64,000 nucleotides of DNA, from IMG/VR virus record IMGVR_UViG_3300026484_000105, positions 45,993 through 109,992 of that record, one strand, 5' to 3'. The notes beneath the pieces were generated by a model. It made no database searches. It saw only the letters and a list, made by a program, of their open reading frames with translations, and was not told where the DNA came from. A program made the translations under genes and the position numbers. Each line of letters begins with the position of its first letter. Within the stretch, counting starts at the first letter, position 1. Shown piece by piece: positions 1 through 10,151 of this stretch. The stretch comes from a virus.

Positions 1-1047
1 ATTCTTGATGTAATCAATCTTATTAAGTTCCAAAAATATACGTATACGTTGCTCACCTTTAGATTCGCTACATAACGGACACCCAGCTTGTTTATGTATA
101 TGGTCATCAGGCGTAATTCTAAATTCACCATGTTTTTTACAAATTAATGTAACCTTAGTTTTCTTATTTGTATAATTAACCATACTATAATCATATCTAG
201 AACCGTGTAAATTTATAGCCTTCTCTATCCATTCTTTAGTAGTGTAGTTATAATTATTAGTACATTTAACACACTTAGCCCCATTATAATGGTTCCATGG
301 AATTTGTTCGAAATCACCATGTACCCTACATCTTATAGTAACCTTATTTTTTGAATTTATATATTTAGTTTTACTATAATCATATAGATCACCATGAACC
401 TTTCTCGAACGTTCTATAAATTCTTCTGTAGTTAATGTATCCTGTTCTACCCTACTTACGATACCGCATTGTTTACAGCCACTACCAGATATATGATGAA
501 ATCTGTTTTGTGTAAACTCACCATGTATCGGACAGATGATTTTTATACTACCATCCTTAACGCTATAGCTTTCTGGTATATATAAATACTTACCATTATG
601 CACTTTATTAGCTTTATCAATGAACTTCTTGGCCTTAGATAGAATCTTATTAATAGGAGTTATATAAGCGCATTTGGGACATCCCTGTCCTTTTATATGT
701 TTAGTTGGTTTTTGCTTAAACGGACCGTGTTCTTTACACTGTATAGTTACTGCAGTCCTTGCATCTATGAATTCAACTAATGTATAATTGTACCTATTAC
801 CGTGTGCTTCATGGGCCTTTAATAAGAAGGTTTCTTTTGTCATTCTTAATTTATCTTTAGCACATTCTCTACACCCTTGTTTATTCCGTATATGTGAAAA
901 TGGTCTTTGTTTAAAATCACCATGTATCGGACATGTGATTATTAGTGGTACGTCAGATAGTATGTACTCTGTTTTGTCGTACCTGTATTTGTTGTTATGT
1001 ACTTCTTTGGCTTTCTTTATAAAAGCTTCTGTTTTTGTTGTTTTCAT
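1..1047 (-). CDS. Putative homing endonuclease with five tandem zinc-binding repeats; partial, runs off the window start and is not in the ORF track
   Basis: Manual translation from ATG at 1047 (RBS AGGA upstream): MKTTKTEAFIKKAKEVHNNKYRY...CPIHGDF...GCREC. The unit F/WIxKAxxxHGxxYxY...CxxHGxF...GCxxC occurs five times, then CSESKGEQRIRIFLE, the usual start of the Vsr/PD-(D/E)XK-like nuclease domain in such proteins. The frame is open to position 1. Confidence 0.8.
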   Translation of the reverse strand, partial: MKTTKTEAFIKKAKEVHNNKYRYDKTEYILSDVPLIITCPIHGDFKQRPFSHIRNKQGCRECAKDKLRMTKETFLLKAHEAHGNRYNYTLVEFIDARTAVTIQCKEHGPFKQKPTKHIKGQGCPKCAYITPINKILSKAKKFIDKANKVHNGKYLYIPESYSVKDGSIKIICPIHGEFTQNRFHHISGSGCKQCGIVSRVEQDTLTTEEFIERSRKVHGDLYDYSKTKYINSKNKVTIRCRVHGDFEQIPWNHYNGAKCVKCTNNYNYTTKEWIEKAINLHGSRYDYSMVNYTNKKTKVTLICKKHGEFRITPDDHIHKQAGCPLCSESKGEQRIRIFLELNKIDYIKN

Positions 1048-1126
1048 TTTTTTCCTATTAGTTTATGTATGTAAATAATATGCGTTTATTATCTATTTCA
1101 CTCTAATAGTACCCGTAAAAAAATCA
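1..1126 (-). mobile_element. Probable intron (group I-like) or endonuclease insertion interrupting the vRNAP beta' gene; 3' end outside the window
   Basis: The upstream ORF stops at LGAD*, inside the (N/G)ADFDGD catalytic motif, and the endonuclease ORF starts ~77 nt later. The ribozyme core is not visible in the window. Confidence 0.6.
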
Positions 1127-2575
1127 ATCTGCGCCTAATAAATTTAGGTGGGTGAAGTGGGGTGATAACGAGTTCTGGTATGCCTCTGTTAATATCGGAT
1201 ATTCATAAACCGTATCAGCCTCTTTCCAATCTACTCCTAAAATGCTAACTTTTCTAGCCTTAACTGTTGTTTTTAGATAAGGTATACTTGGATATATTCC
1301 ACCTAGACCAGTAACAGGGTATCTAGTAAGAAAGCCAGGATATTTATCAACATCTTCATATACAGCTAAGTATATAAGTTCTGCATATGTTATCGGTCTT
1401 AAATATTTGGTATTTATATCATCAGGTATTTCATTAGTATTCTTAATAAACTTAACCTCTTTACCATTATCATATATTAAGGCTAGATAATAATCCTCAA
1501 CAGTTATAGGTTCAGATCTTAATTCATCTTGAGCTAATTTATTTATAACTCCATTAAGTCCTTCATCAGATGTCCACATGTCTTTTGTTTTTGGTTTTAT
1601 ATCTACATTTACTGTTCTCATAGATTTTTTATCTACAAGCATAGCTGTATTACTATGTAAATCAAATATGTTATTTAACATAAGATTATTTAACTGGTAC
1701 TTAGTAATGGGATTGATAGCTTTAGCATATTGATATAAACCTATAACAGTATTATTAAAACTAATTCTATTTTTAGTATTAGTTAAATCATGTATTACTG
1801 ATGGTACTGGTGTGATGACATTTCTGGTAGAATCTCTAAGAGCTCTCTTAGTCCACTTATTTTGTATAAATTTCTTCTTACCATCCATTAAAGAAATATA
1901 ATGATCGTATATCTCAACTATGATAGTTTGTATCTTAAATCTTATTGGATCTAATACCATAGGATCGTTATGTAGAGTAGAGATGTTTTCTAATGCATTT
2001 GTTGTGGTTAGTAGCCTCCTATAAACAGCATTTATTTCATCTTCACTTGGCTTACCATTATCATCAACAATATAATCCCTTAGTCCAGCAGGTATGACTA
2101 AAAAGTGATCTATGAGTATTTCACCCTTACTATATTTTTTAATAAGCTTTATTTTAAATTCCCTGGCATCACTACCATTACTATTTAATTTAATTTTATC
2201 ATACTTTTTCATAAAGAATTCGAAACCAGTATCTCCTTCTTCTGCATTAGAGGAAATGAAATCTCCACCTTTTTCATCCCATTTTGCATAAGTCTTACCA
2301 GATAGTATATCTAAATATAACTTTTTTAAACTTGAGATATGTTTAAAGACAAGTGGGTGTAGAACCTTTATATGTAATTTTATATAACCGAATTTATTAT
2401 TCCGTTCTTCACTTCCGACCCGACCGAAAGTCTCAGTAGAGAATAAACCATTAGTACTGAAGTTTTTAGTAGATGGTTCAAATATACTTAGGTCACTTAC
2501 TTCCCTCATTACACCTATCTGTTTTCTATTTAATAATAGTAAATCTATATTAAAAGGTGGTAAATTTGACAGCAT
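1124..2575 (-). CDS. Virion RNA polymerase beta' subunit (phiKZ gp180-like), 5' exon or fragment
   Basis: GLFSTETFG, FGYIKL, HPL, VIPAGLRD, RNVIT, RYP motifs; ends LGAD; divergent from a gp181-like gene as in phiKZ. Confidence 0.85.
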   Translation of the reverse strand: MLSNLPPFNIDLLLLNRKQIGVMREVSDLSIFEPSTKNFSTNGLFSTETFGRVGSEERNNKFGYIKLHIKVLHPLVFKHISSLKKLYLDILSGKTYAKWDEKGGDFISSNAEEGDTGFEFFMKKYDKIKLNSNGSDAREFKIKLIKKYSKGEILIDHFLVIPAGLRDYIVDDNGKPSEDEINAVYRRLLTTTNALENISTLHNDPMVLDPIRFKIQTIIVEIYDHYISLMDGKKKFIQNKWTKRALRDSTRNVITPVPSVIHDLTNTKNRISFNNTVIGLYQYAKAINPITKYQLNNLMLNNIFDLHSNTAMLVDKKSMRTVNVDIKPKTKDMWTSDEGLNGVINKLAQDELRSEPITVEDYYLALIYDNGKEVKFIKNTNEIPDDINTKYLRPITYAELIYLAVYEDVDKYPGFLTRYPVTGLGGIYPSIPYLKTTVKARKVSILGVDWKEADTVYEYPILTEAYQNSLSPHFTHLNLLGAD

Positions 2576-2644
2576 TGCTTTTCCTTTGATAATAATTTTG
2601 AATATTCAATTAAACGATACTTGTATAATAAATAAGGAGTTAAA

Positions 2645-5600
2645 ATGGCTGCAGTTGATGATATAGATTTAGACGATATGGACTTTGAAGATGACGATAT
2701 GGATTTCGGCTTCGATGATCCATTTTCAGAACCACCACCTCCCAAGGATACGAGGGAAGCAGTAAGTAGAACTATAAATAAAGTAGGAAGTAGTTTTATG
2801 GATGACTTTACTGACGATAAGGCTGAAACAGCTGCTGCATTCGTTAAAGAAAGTATTCCAAGTAAGATAAGTGTAGAAGCAAATAATATAATTAATGTTG
2901 GAGAATCATTTAAGAAAGATATCTTAAAGTCTAGTTCGGAAGTAGCAGAGGCTACTAAACCAATGTTAAAAGCTATTGAAGGGTTGGTTCCTAAGGGTGG
3001 TAAGATAGAAACCCTAGTTAATCTAGCTAAAGAAAAACTAGGTATGAACGATGAGCATCGTACTAGTGAAGATGTTGCTGCTGATGCTGCTGCGATGGCT
3101 ACTAGTTCAGTAGTTAACGTTTTAGGAGAGATGCAAGATAGAGATACTATAAGAGAAACTATAACAGCATCTATAGCCGACAAGAAGACACAATCTCAAT
3201 TAGATCTAAGTGCTATTCAGGCAGGACACCTAGAAGCGATAAGTAATTTTAATATAGATGTAACTAATAGTTTTTACAGGAAATCATTAGAATTACAATA
3301 TAGACATTTATTTACAACAACAGAACAACTAGATGTTACTAAACAGGGTTTCGAAACCTTTAAAAATCAATTAGAATCAATCGTTGCTAACAGCGCATTA
3401 CCAGATTTAGTTAAAACAAGAAATTCAGAATTTATGAAACACCGCTTATTAGAAAGAGCTGGTGAGAGTTTATTTGCCAGAACAGGTGTCTTTGATAATA
3501 TAAAGAAAAGACTATCCAATGAAGTACAGGGTGTAACATCCGTATTAACTAGCGGTATTACTAGTCTTGGTGATGCTGCTGACATGGTTAAAAGTACTAG
3601 TGAGATGTCTGCTATGGCTGGCGGTACTGAAGGGATGGTCGGAGGATTACTTGCTGGTGGAGTAAGAGGACTAGTAGGTACTAAAGTAGGTGACATATTA
3701 GGTAAGACTAAGGTTGGTAAAAAAGGTATAGAACTAGTAAGAAATTTTAATCTAGATCCTTCCGAAGCACTTAAAGATATGGCTGATAATAGACCAGATG
3801 GTGTATTTAAAAACATATTAGAAACTCTTGGTGATTTTACTGAAAATAAAGATGCTGAAGCATCATATTCCATTAATAAAGTAGATCGAGATAATGTCTC
3901 AGTATTTGATGGTAGAGCACATACTTCTTTAACTAAGATCATACCTGGACTTTTATCTAAAATCCTAAAAGAAGTTAGTAGTTCAAGAACTGGTAAAGAA
4001 GAAGATGAGTTACGATATGATTATGATACTGGTACTTTTAAAACTACTAGCAGCTTAAAAAATGAAATAACTGAGAAGATTCAAAATGACCTTGTCAGTA
4101 GTGGCGTTAACAGAAACGTTGAAGGTATCATTACAACTATCGTTGAAGAAACTAATCTTAACGTAGACGATGATGAGATAGCTGAAATAAAACAAGCACT
4201 CCTAAGTTATGTTATTAAAGGTAAAAGACTACTAGTTAACAAACTTGAAGAAGATGGTCTCTACGACGAATTAGATCCTAAGTTATCTAAAAAATTTAAA
4301 AAAGCTATAACTGATTTTACAGAAACTAAAGATGATGATCTAAATTATAAAAGAGTTAGGCACCTAAATAATGAATTAGGATATATAAAGGATAGAGCTC
4401 CGTCACCTCAAGAACTACTTAATAAGTATTCTGATGCAGGTAGTATTGATCTTCTAAAAGATGCAGGTATAGTAGAACTTGATAGTGTTACAGGTGAATA
4501 CAAATTAGATAACGCTAGTTATAAGACACATATGACTACTGCTATTAAAACAGCTAAAGATAAAGATCAAGAAGAGGAAGAAGAACCTAAGACGATAGCT
4601 GAGAAATTAGCTGAAAAATATATCAAAAAGAAAAAGAAAGATGTAGATTCTATAACTCAAGAAGAGGAAGAAGAAGCTCCTATAAATAAAGGTTTTATAA
4701 ATAGAGCTAAAGGTAAAGTCTCTTCATTTGGTGGTACGATAGAACAGGACATCATCAATACTATAGATGGTAAGCACGATATAGGTGGTAAAGCTAAGCG
4801 GTTTGCTAAAGAGGCTAACAAATATGTTACAGGTAAAGAGGATCTATCTGGTTACAAATTTAGCACTGAATCTAATCTAAAAAACAATTTAGCACCACAG
4901 ACTAAACGCCGATCATTATTGGGTGATTTCAAAACAGTTAAAACAGAATTATCTGAAATACATTCTGTAGATGACGCTTTAAATAAAGCCAGAAATATAG
5001 ATAATTTCAAAGATACTGAAAGTAAAATAAAAGCTATAAATGATTTAGTGTCTTCTAGTAAAGATCCAAAGGACTTTATAGAAAAAATAAAAGAAACTGA
5101 TGATTATAAAAAATTATCTACAGATATAAAAAATCATATAGATAAACTAGAAAGTAAAGTGCCTACCGTAAAAACAGAAGCAAAGAAATTTGTAGAAGAT
5201 AGGGTAAGCGATTTAAAGGATAATTCGCATTATAAAAATATAGTAGAATCTGATATAGTAAAAGATTCTAAAGCTAAAGCTAAAACCTTAGTAAAAACAG
5301 TAAAAGATAGTAAGATAGTTTCCGATATAAAAGATTCTGAACTTGCTAATAAAGTCACAACTGATATTACTCTATTAAAAGATAGAGTATCCAAACTTAC
5401 GGAACTAACTGATCTTAATAACATAGTTACAGAATTATGGACTAAGGCATCTGAACATTATGATTATCTGGAAACTTTGGAAGATACAAAAAGTAATAGG
5501 GCTAAGAAAAAGGAACTCTATAGATATATAAGATTTTTAGAGAATATAAGATTAGATAAGCTTGATCCTAAAGATGCTAAGTTAAAGGTATCTAAAGCTA

Positions 5601-8600
5601 CTGTTAAATTAGGTAAAATACTTCTAACCAAAACAGCAGAAACATTTACAGAAACATCTAAAGATAAAGTAAGTAAAATTATAACTTCTAGTAAAGACAA
5701 GATAGAAGAAATAAAAGATATAGATGTTAGTAAGGTAAAAGACATTAAGGTATCTGATGCTACGCAGTATGCTATGGATACTGTAGTGACTGCTAAGGTA
5801 AAAAGTAAGCAGTTAAAAGATGACTTTAAGAAAACTGAACTATATAAATCAGCAGAAGATAAATATAAAACAGTAGAAAGTTCCATTAGTAGTAAAATAG
5901 ATAAGACTATAACCGTTACTAAAAAAGCAGAAATATTATCAGAAGTGGATAATGTACTACTTGATAATATAATAAAAGTACAGAAGTCTAATGTAGATGA
6001 GGTACTTAAAAAAGAGAGAATAAGCAAACTAAACGAGTCTAGACAAAAAATAAAAGCAGCTGATGTAAGTAAACTAAGACCAAAAGATTTAACTAGACTA
6101 GTTAGTGATAGTCTAAGTCCTTTAAAAGACATAATTACAGCAGATATAAAAACAAAAGCTTTGGATGCAAAAGATAATATATCAAGCAAAAAAGACGAGT
6201 TTATAAGTAAAGTACAGGATAAGGTACCTGCATTAAAAACTACTGGTAACTTTTCAGAACAATTAACTACAGCTAAAACATATACTTTAGATAAAGTAGA
6301 TACCGTAAAAGATACTACAACTAATATATTGCCTGCAATACCCAATCCTAATTCATTTAGTATAAATGATATTAAGTTAAAAATAGTAGGCTTCTTAGAT
6401 AAATCTTTTAAAGAGTTGGAGAAAGTAGAAGACTATTTAAATAAGAATCCAGATGAGGCTAAAGATAATTCTGACAAAGTAAATAAGATTAGAAAGAATT
6501 TAGCTACATTAAGAAATACAAATCCAGAAGATAAAGAAACTGTATCTACTCTTACAAAAACAATTAAAGAGGATATAGAATCACTAGTAGATAAGATTCT
6601 ACCATCTGAAAAACTTAGTAAGACATATAGTGCTGAAGATATAGAAAAAGAAAGAGCTAAAGATAGAGCTAAAGAGAAAGAAAGTACCGAGAACAGTCTT
6701 TTAGATATAATTAATTCTGATGATCCGTTAGGTACTCTTAAGAATAAGCTTAAAAGGGCTGCAACCAGTAGGATAAAATCCACTGCTACAGGTGCAGTTA
6801 AAGCAGCATTTAATTTTATTAAGAGAGATGCTGAAAGAGGTAAAAGACTAAGAAGTTATCTTAAAAAGAAATTATTCAATAAGAAGAAAACAGGTCCAGG
6901 GATACTCCATAGATCCTTAAATAAAGTACTCAATGCGACAGGCAAGGTAATCACAACTGTAGGTACCACTGGAGCAAATGTCGTAAAAGCGGATATCGAT
7001 AATGGTGAGAAACTAAGGGATAAATTAAAGAATCTATTTAATAAAAAGAGGAATACAGAAACTATAAAGGAAGATGTTCCTGCAAATAGAATAGATTATA
7101 AAGAAGAAAAGAAAAATGGTCCTGGTATAGTTGGGTCAGCAAATAAAGTAAATTCTGCTTTTGATAGGGACGGGTCTGGTCATAGAGATGGGTCATGGTT
7201 GGACAGACTTAAGAAAAAGAAAGATGTGCTTAAAAATAAGAATAAAACATTTTTAGCTAAAGCAAAAGATAGTAGTTTTAGTTGGTTGCCTATATTATTA
7301 GGAGCTTTTAGTTTTATTAAGCCGTTATTGAGTAAGTTGGTATCTGGAATAAAGAATCTTGGTAGTTTTATTGTTAAGGGTATTGGTAAGGCATTTAAGT
7401 CAGTTGGTAGTTTTCTATTAAATGGTATAAAAGGTATATTCGGTAGTCTTGGTAAAATGTTGGCTGGTCCATTGAATGCAGTAAAAGATGTAGCCTCTAA
7501 GGGTCTAGATAAAACTAAAGAATTAGCCAGTAAAGCAGCCGACAAAGTTAAGGGTATAGGTGCTGCTGTATATAATAAAGCTAAAACCTTCGGAAGTAAA
7601 GTAATTAATGGTATGAAGAATACCAAGGGTGGTAAACTTATTGCTAATGGTATTAAAACTACCAAAGATGCTATAACAAGTGTTGGCAGTAAAGCTATAA
7701 GTACTTTGGAAAATAGTAGAGTTGGAAAAGCTACTACTAAACTTGTTGGTAAAGCAGTAGAAAAGGTTCCCACTAAAAGCATCCTTAATTTATTGAAATC
7801 GTTTAAGTCTACAATATTTAAAAAGCTAGGTAAACGAGCAGGTAGTAAAGTTGCTGCTAAATTGGCTGCGAAAACTGCGGCTAGAGTCATTCCTTTTGCA
7901 GGTACTGCATTGTTGGCATATGATGCGGCTAAGATAGGTTATGATATGTTCCATAATGGTACTAGTCTTAAGAGTGCTATTTCTAAACAGATACTTGGTT
8001 TTGATTTATTTGGAGATGAGGCAGCTAAAGATGAAGATGGCAATCTTATTAAACCAGATGAAAAGGGTGTGACGAAGTCTAGTACTGGCGATCACATTGA
8101 TACAGAAAGAAAAGAGAGCAATAAGGAAACAGCTAAGGTTAAAGATGGGGATTCCATTAAACCAAATGAAAAGAGGGTAAAGAGATCCATTGTAAAAAGA
8201 CCTCCTGTAAAGAGATCCAGTACCGATGACTACATTGATGCTGAAAGAAGAGAGGACGATAAGGAAGCTGCTAGAATTGAAAGGGAATTAGTGAATAAGA
8301 AATTTACTGTAAAATCTAGAGATGTTATTGTAGATAAGTATGGTTCTACTATAAGAACGAGATCCAAAAAAGAGTTAATCGCAAATCCAGATGTCGATTC
8401 TAAAGGGGCAAATGGCATTAATAAAGTAGGTGGATCACCTGTTAAGATGGGAGGAATTAAAAACAAAGTTCTACCAATGACCCCTATTAATAATGAAAAA
8501 TTCAAACCTGTTTCAAAATACGATATTCTTAATTCGTTAGCTATTATACAAAAACAAATAGAAGTAGATAGGGGAAAACTCAAAAAGAGAGTAAACACAA

Positions 8601-10120
8601 ATGGCAAGATGGGAATGCTTAATGCGTCATCTTGGGTATTAGGTAGCATTATAGACGAGGTTAGCAATATACCAGACGGTCCTAACTTTACAATTAAGCT
8701 TAATGAGTTAGATAAGGATATGATTGATGTTGCGTCTTCTACCTTGGCTAGATATCCTAAAATAGATCTTAAAGCCATATTTAAGACAGGTAGAGTACAA
8801 AAGCTACCTAAACCAATTATAGAGAAAGAAGAAGTAAAAGAAAAAACTAGCGTATTTGATAAAGGATTAAATCTTTTAAATAAGGCTAAGAATAAAATAA
8901 CTTCATTCTTTGGTTTCAATTCAGATAAGAAGAAAGAAGCAACAAAAGATATTATATCTAATAATAAAAATAAGAAAGTAGGGACTGTAGCTAAAATAGA
9001 TAAGTTACCAGTTAATACAGGTGATTTAGTTAGTGACCTTAAAAGGGATGAGGGCGTAGTTCTACATACATATAAAGATAGTCTAGGTTTAAAAACCATA
9101 GGTACTGGTCACTTAGTAGATAAAAAAGGTGGTATTCCTTTACGTAAGATAATTGGTGAAGACAAAGATAAAATATCTATGGAGGAAAATGATTATATTT
9201 TACAATATGATATAGGTCAAGTTAGTAAAGATTTATATTCTAGGTTACCATGGCTTAAAGATAAGCCAGATAATGTACAGAAGTCATTAGTTAATATGGC
9301 CTTTAATCTTGGCGTTGACGGGTTACTTAAATTTAAAAATACTTTAAAAAGTATAAAGAATGATGAGTACACGAATGCTTCTAGAGGAATGCTTAATAGT
9401 AAATGGGCTAGACAAGTTGGTAACAGAGCTACTAGATTAGCTAGTATAGTTGCGTCTACAGAGTATGATTCTAACAGTACATCTAAGACTGAGAATAAAA
9501 CAGATAGTTCAGTTGCAAGTAAACCATCTATGAAATTAGCATCCAAAGTAAAAGATGTTGTGAGTCCTAGTAATAATGTTACTTATAATAAAGCTGGAAC
9601 AACTACCGTAAGATTTAATGGTAAAGATTTAAAATTAACTAAACAGCAAGCATCTGTTTTAAGTAATTTTAAGGCAAACGGTAAAACACAGGATGCTCTT
9701 AGTCTATTATCAAATATATCTAATGGACATAAAACAGATAGTCTAGTTAGTGTAGATAAAGATACTAATAAACAAAGAATATCTAAGACGTTAGCTATGA
9801 ATAGTGATACTAATAAGGTAATGTCTGTTGAAAGCAATAAAACACTTAGTGCTGTTGCAGAACATGGTGCAATACAAACAGATGAACTAAAAGCACTTAA
9901 TACCACAATGAAGACATCTCTTGAAATACAAAAAGAGACACTTAATGTAATTAGAGAGATGGTTGGTCATACTGGTAAGATAGTTGAACATAATAAAGAT
10001 AGTACTGCAGAGGGTGGTAGTGGTCAGAAAGAACACGAGCATCCAAATAAAGCAGTGCCAGCAATAGAAAAAGAAGTACCACAACCAGGTATCTTTTTAG
10101 AGAAAAGAAAATACGCATAA
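2645..10120 (+). CDS. Tail-associated lysin / tape-measure-like protein (phiKZ gp181-like) with a T4-lysozyme-like (GH24) domain near the C-terminus
   Basis: 2491 aa, long helical K/A/G-rich regions, conserved YRKSLELQYRH and NSALPDLVK block; DLKRDEGVVLHTYKDSLGLKTIGTGHL...NSKWARQVGNRATRL at ~9030-9450; RBS AAGGAG. Confidence 0.85.
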   Translation: MAAVDDIDLDDMDFEDDDMDFGFDDPFSEPPPPKDTREAVSRTINKVGSSFMDDFTDDKAETAAAFVKESIPSKISVEANNIINVGESFKKDILKSSSEVAEATKPMLKAIEGLVPKGGKIETLVNLAKEKLGMNDEHRTSEDVAADAAAMATSSVVNVLGEMQDRDTIRETITASIADKKTQSQLDLSAIQAGHLEAISNFNIDVTNSFYRKSLELQYRHLFTTTEQLDVTKQGFETFKNQLESIVANSALPDLVKTRNSEFMKHRLLERAGESLFARTGVFDNIKKRLSNEVQGVTSVLTSGITSLGDAADMVKSTSEMSAMAGGTEGMVGGLLAGGVRGLVGTKVGDILGKTKVGKKGIELVRNFNLDPSEALKDMADNRPDGVFKNILETLGDFTENKDAEASYSINKVDRDNVSVFDGRAHTSLTKIIPGLLSKILKEVSSSRTGKEEDELRYDYDTGTFKTTSSLKNEITEKIQNDLVSSGVNRNVEGIITTIVEETNLNVDDDEIAEIKQALLSYVIKGKRLLVNKLEEDGLYDELDPKLSKKFKKAITDFTETKDDDLNYKRVRHLNNELGYIKDRAPSPQELLNKYSDAGSIDLLKDAGIVELDSVTGEYKLDNASYKTHMTTAIKTAKDKDQEEEEEPKTIAEKLAEKYIKKKKKDVDSITQEEEEEAPINKGFINRAKGKVSSFGGTIEQDIINTIDGKHDIGGKAKRFAKEANKYVTGKEDLSGYKFSTESNLKNNLAPQTKRRSLLGDFKTVKTELSEIHSVDDALNKARNIDNFKDTESKIKAINDLVSSSKDPKDFIEKIKETDDYKKLSTDIKNHIDKLESKVPTVKTEAKKFVEDRVSDLKDNSHYKNIVESDIVKDSKAKAKTLVKTVKDSKIVSDIKDSELANKVTTDITLLKDRVSKLTELTDLNNIVTELWTKASEHYDYLETLEDTKSNRAKKKELYRYIRFLENIRLDKLDPKDAKLKVSKATVKLGKILLTKTAETFTETSKDKVSKIITSSKDKIEEIKDIDVSKVKDIKVSDATQYAMDTVVTAKVKSKQLKDDFKKTELYKSAEDKYKTVESSISSKIDKTITVTKKAEILSEVDNVLLDNIIKVQKSNVDEVLKKERISKLNESRQKIKAADVSKLRPKDLTRLVSDSLSPLKDIITADIKTKALDAKDNISSKKDEFISKVQDKVPALKTTGNFSEQLTTAKTYTLDKVDTVKDTTTNILPAIPNPNSFSINDIKLKIVGFLDKSFKELEKVEDYLNKNPDEAKDNSDKVNKIRKNLATLRNTNPEDKETVSTLTKTIKEDIESLVDKILPSEKLSKTYSAEDIEKERAKDRAKEKESTENSLLDIINSDDPLGTLKNKLKRAATSRIKSTATGAVKAAFNFIKRDAERGKRLRSYLKKKLFNKKKTGPGILHRSLNKVLNATGKVITTVGTTGANVVKADIDNGEKLRDKLKNLFNKKRNTETIKEDVPANRIDYKEEKKNGPGIVGSANKVNSAFDRDGSGHRDGSWLDRLKKKKDVLKNKNKTFLAKAKDSSFSWLPILLGAFSFIKPLLSKLVSGIKNLGSFIVKGIGKAFKSVGSFLLNGIKGIFGSLGKMLAGPLNAVKDVASKGLDKTKELASKAADKVKGIGAAVYNKAKTFGSKVINGMKNTKGGKLIANGIKTTKDAITSVGSKAISTLENSRVGKATTKLVGKAVEKVPTKSILNLLKSFKSTIFKKLGKRAGSKVAAKLAAKTAARVIPFAGTALLAYDAAKIGYDMFHNGTSLKSAISKQILGFDLFGDEAAKDEDGNLIKPDEKGVTKSSTGDHIDTERKESNKETAKVKDGDSIKPNEKRVKRSIVKRPPVKRSSTDDYIDAERREDDKEAARIERELVNKKFTVKSRDVIVDKYGSTIRTRSKKELIANPDVDSKGANGINKVGGSPVKMGGIKNKVLPMTPINNEKFKPVSKYDILNSLAIIQKQIEVDRGKLKKRVNTNGKMGMLNASSWVLGSIIDEVSNIPDGPNFTIKLNELDKDMIDVASSTLARYPKIDLKAIFKTGRVQKLPKPIIEKEEVKEKTSVFDKGLNLLNKAKNKITSFFGFNSDKKKEATKDIISNNKNKKVGTVAKIDKLPVNTGDLVSDLKRDEGVVLHTYKDSLGLKTIGTGHLVDKKGGIPLRKIIGEDKDKISMEENDYILQYDIGQVSKDLYSRLPWLKDKPDNVQKSLVNMAFNLGVDGLLKFKNTLKSIKNDEYTNASRGMLNSKWARQVGNRATRLASIVASTEYDSNSTSKTENKTDSSVASKPSMKLASKVKDVVSPSNNVTYNKAGTTTVRFNGKDLKLTKQQASVLSNFKANGKTQDALSLLSNISNGHKTDSLVSVDKDTNKQRISKTLAMNSDTNKVMSVESNKTLSAVAEHGAIQTDELKALNTTMKTSLEIQKETLNVIREMVGHTGKIVEHNKDSTAEGGSGQKEHEHPNKAVPAIEKEVPQPGIFLEKRKYA

Positions 10121-10148
10121 CTAGTATAGGATAATATCCTATACTAGT
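10120..10148. terminator. Bidirectional hairpin between convergent genes
   Basis: ACTAGTATAGGATA-A-TATCCTATACTAGT, 14-bp arms. Confidence 0.7.
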
Positions 10149-10151
10149 ATG

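Noticed and set aside
788-1078. 96-aa plus-strand ORF in the track
   Set aside because: Antisense to the endonuclease ORF, which has clear repeats and an RBS.
1124-1126. TGA recoding or an alternative genetic code to extend beta'
   Set aside because: Read-through gives FFYGYY*, not FDGD, and the other core genes are full length under the standard code.
2545-10084. Many minus-strand ORFs of 60-290 aa opposite the 2491-aa gene, and similar shadow ORFs opposite other genes
   Set aside because: Antisense shadows of codon-biased AT-rich genes; S/L/F/I-rich, with no RBS or motifs.
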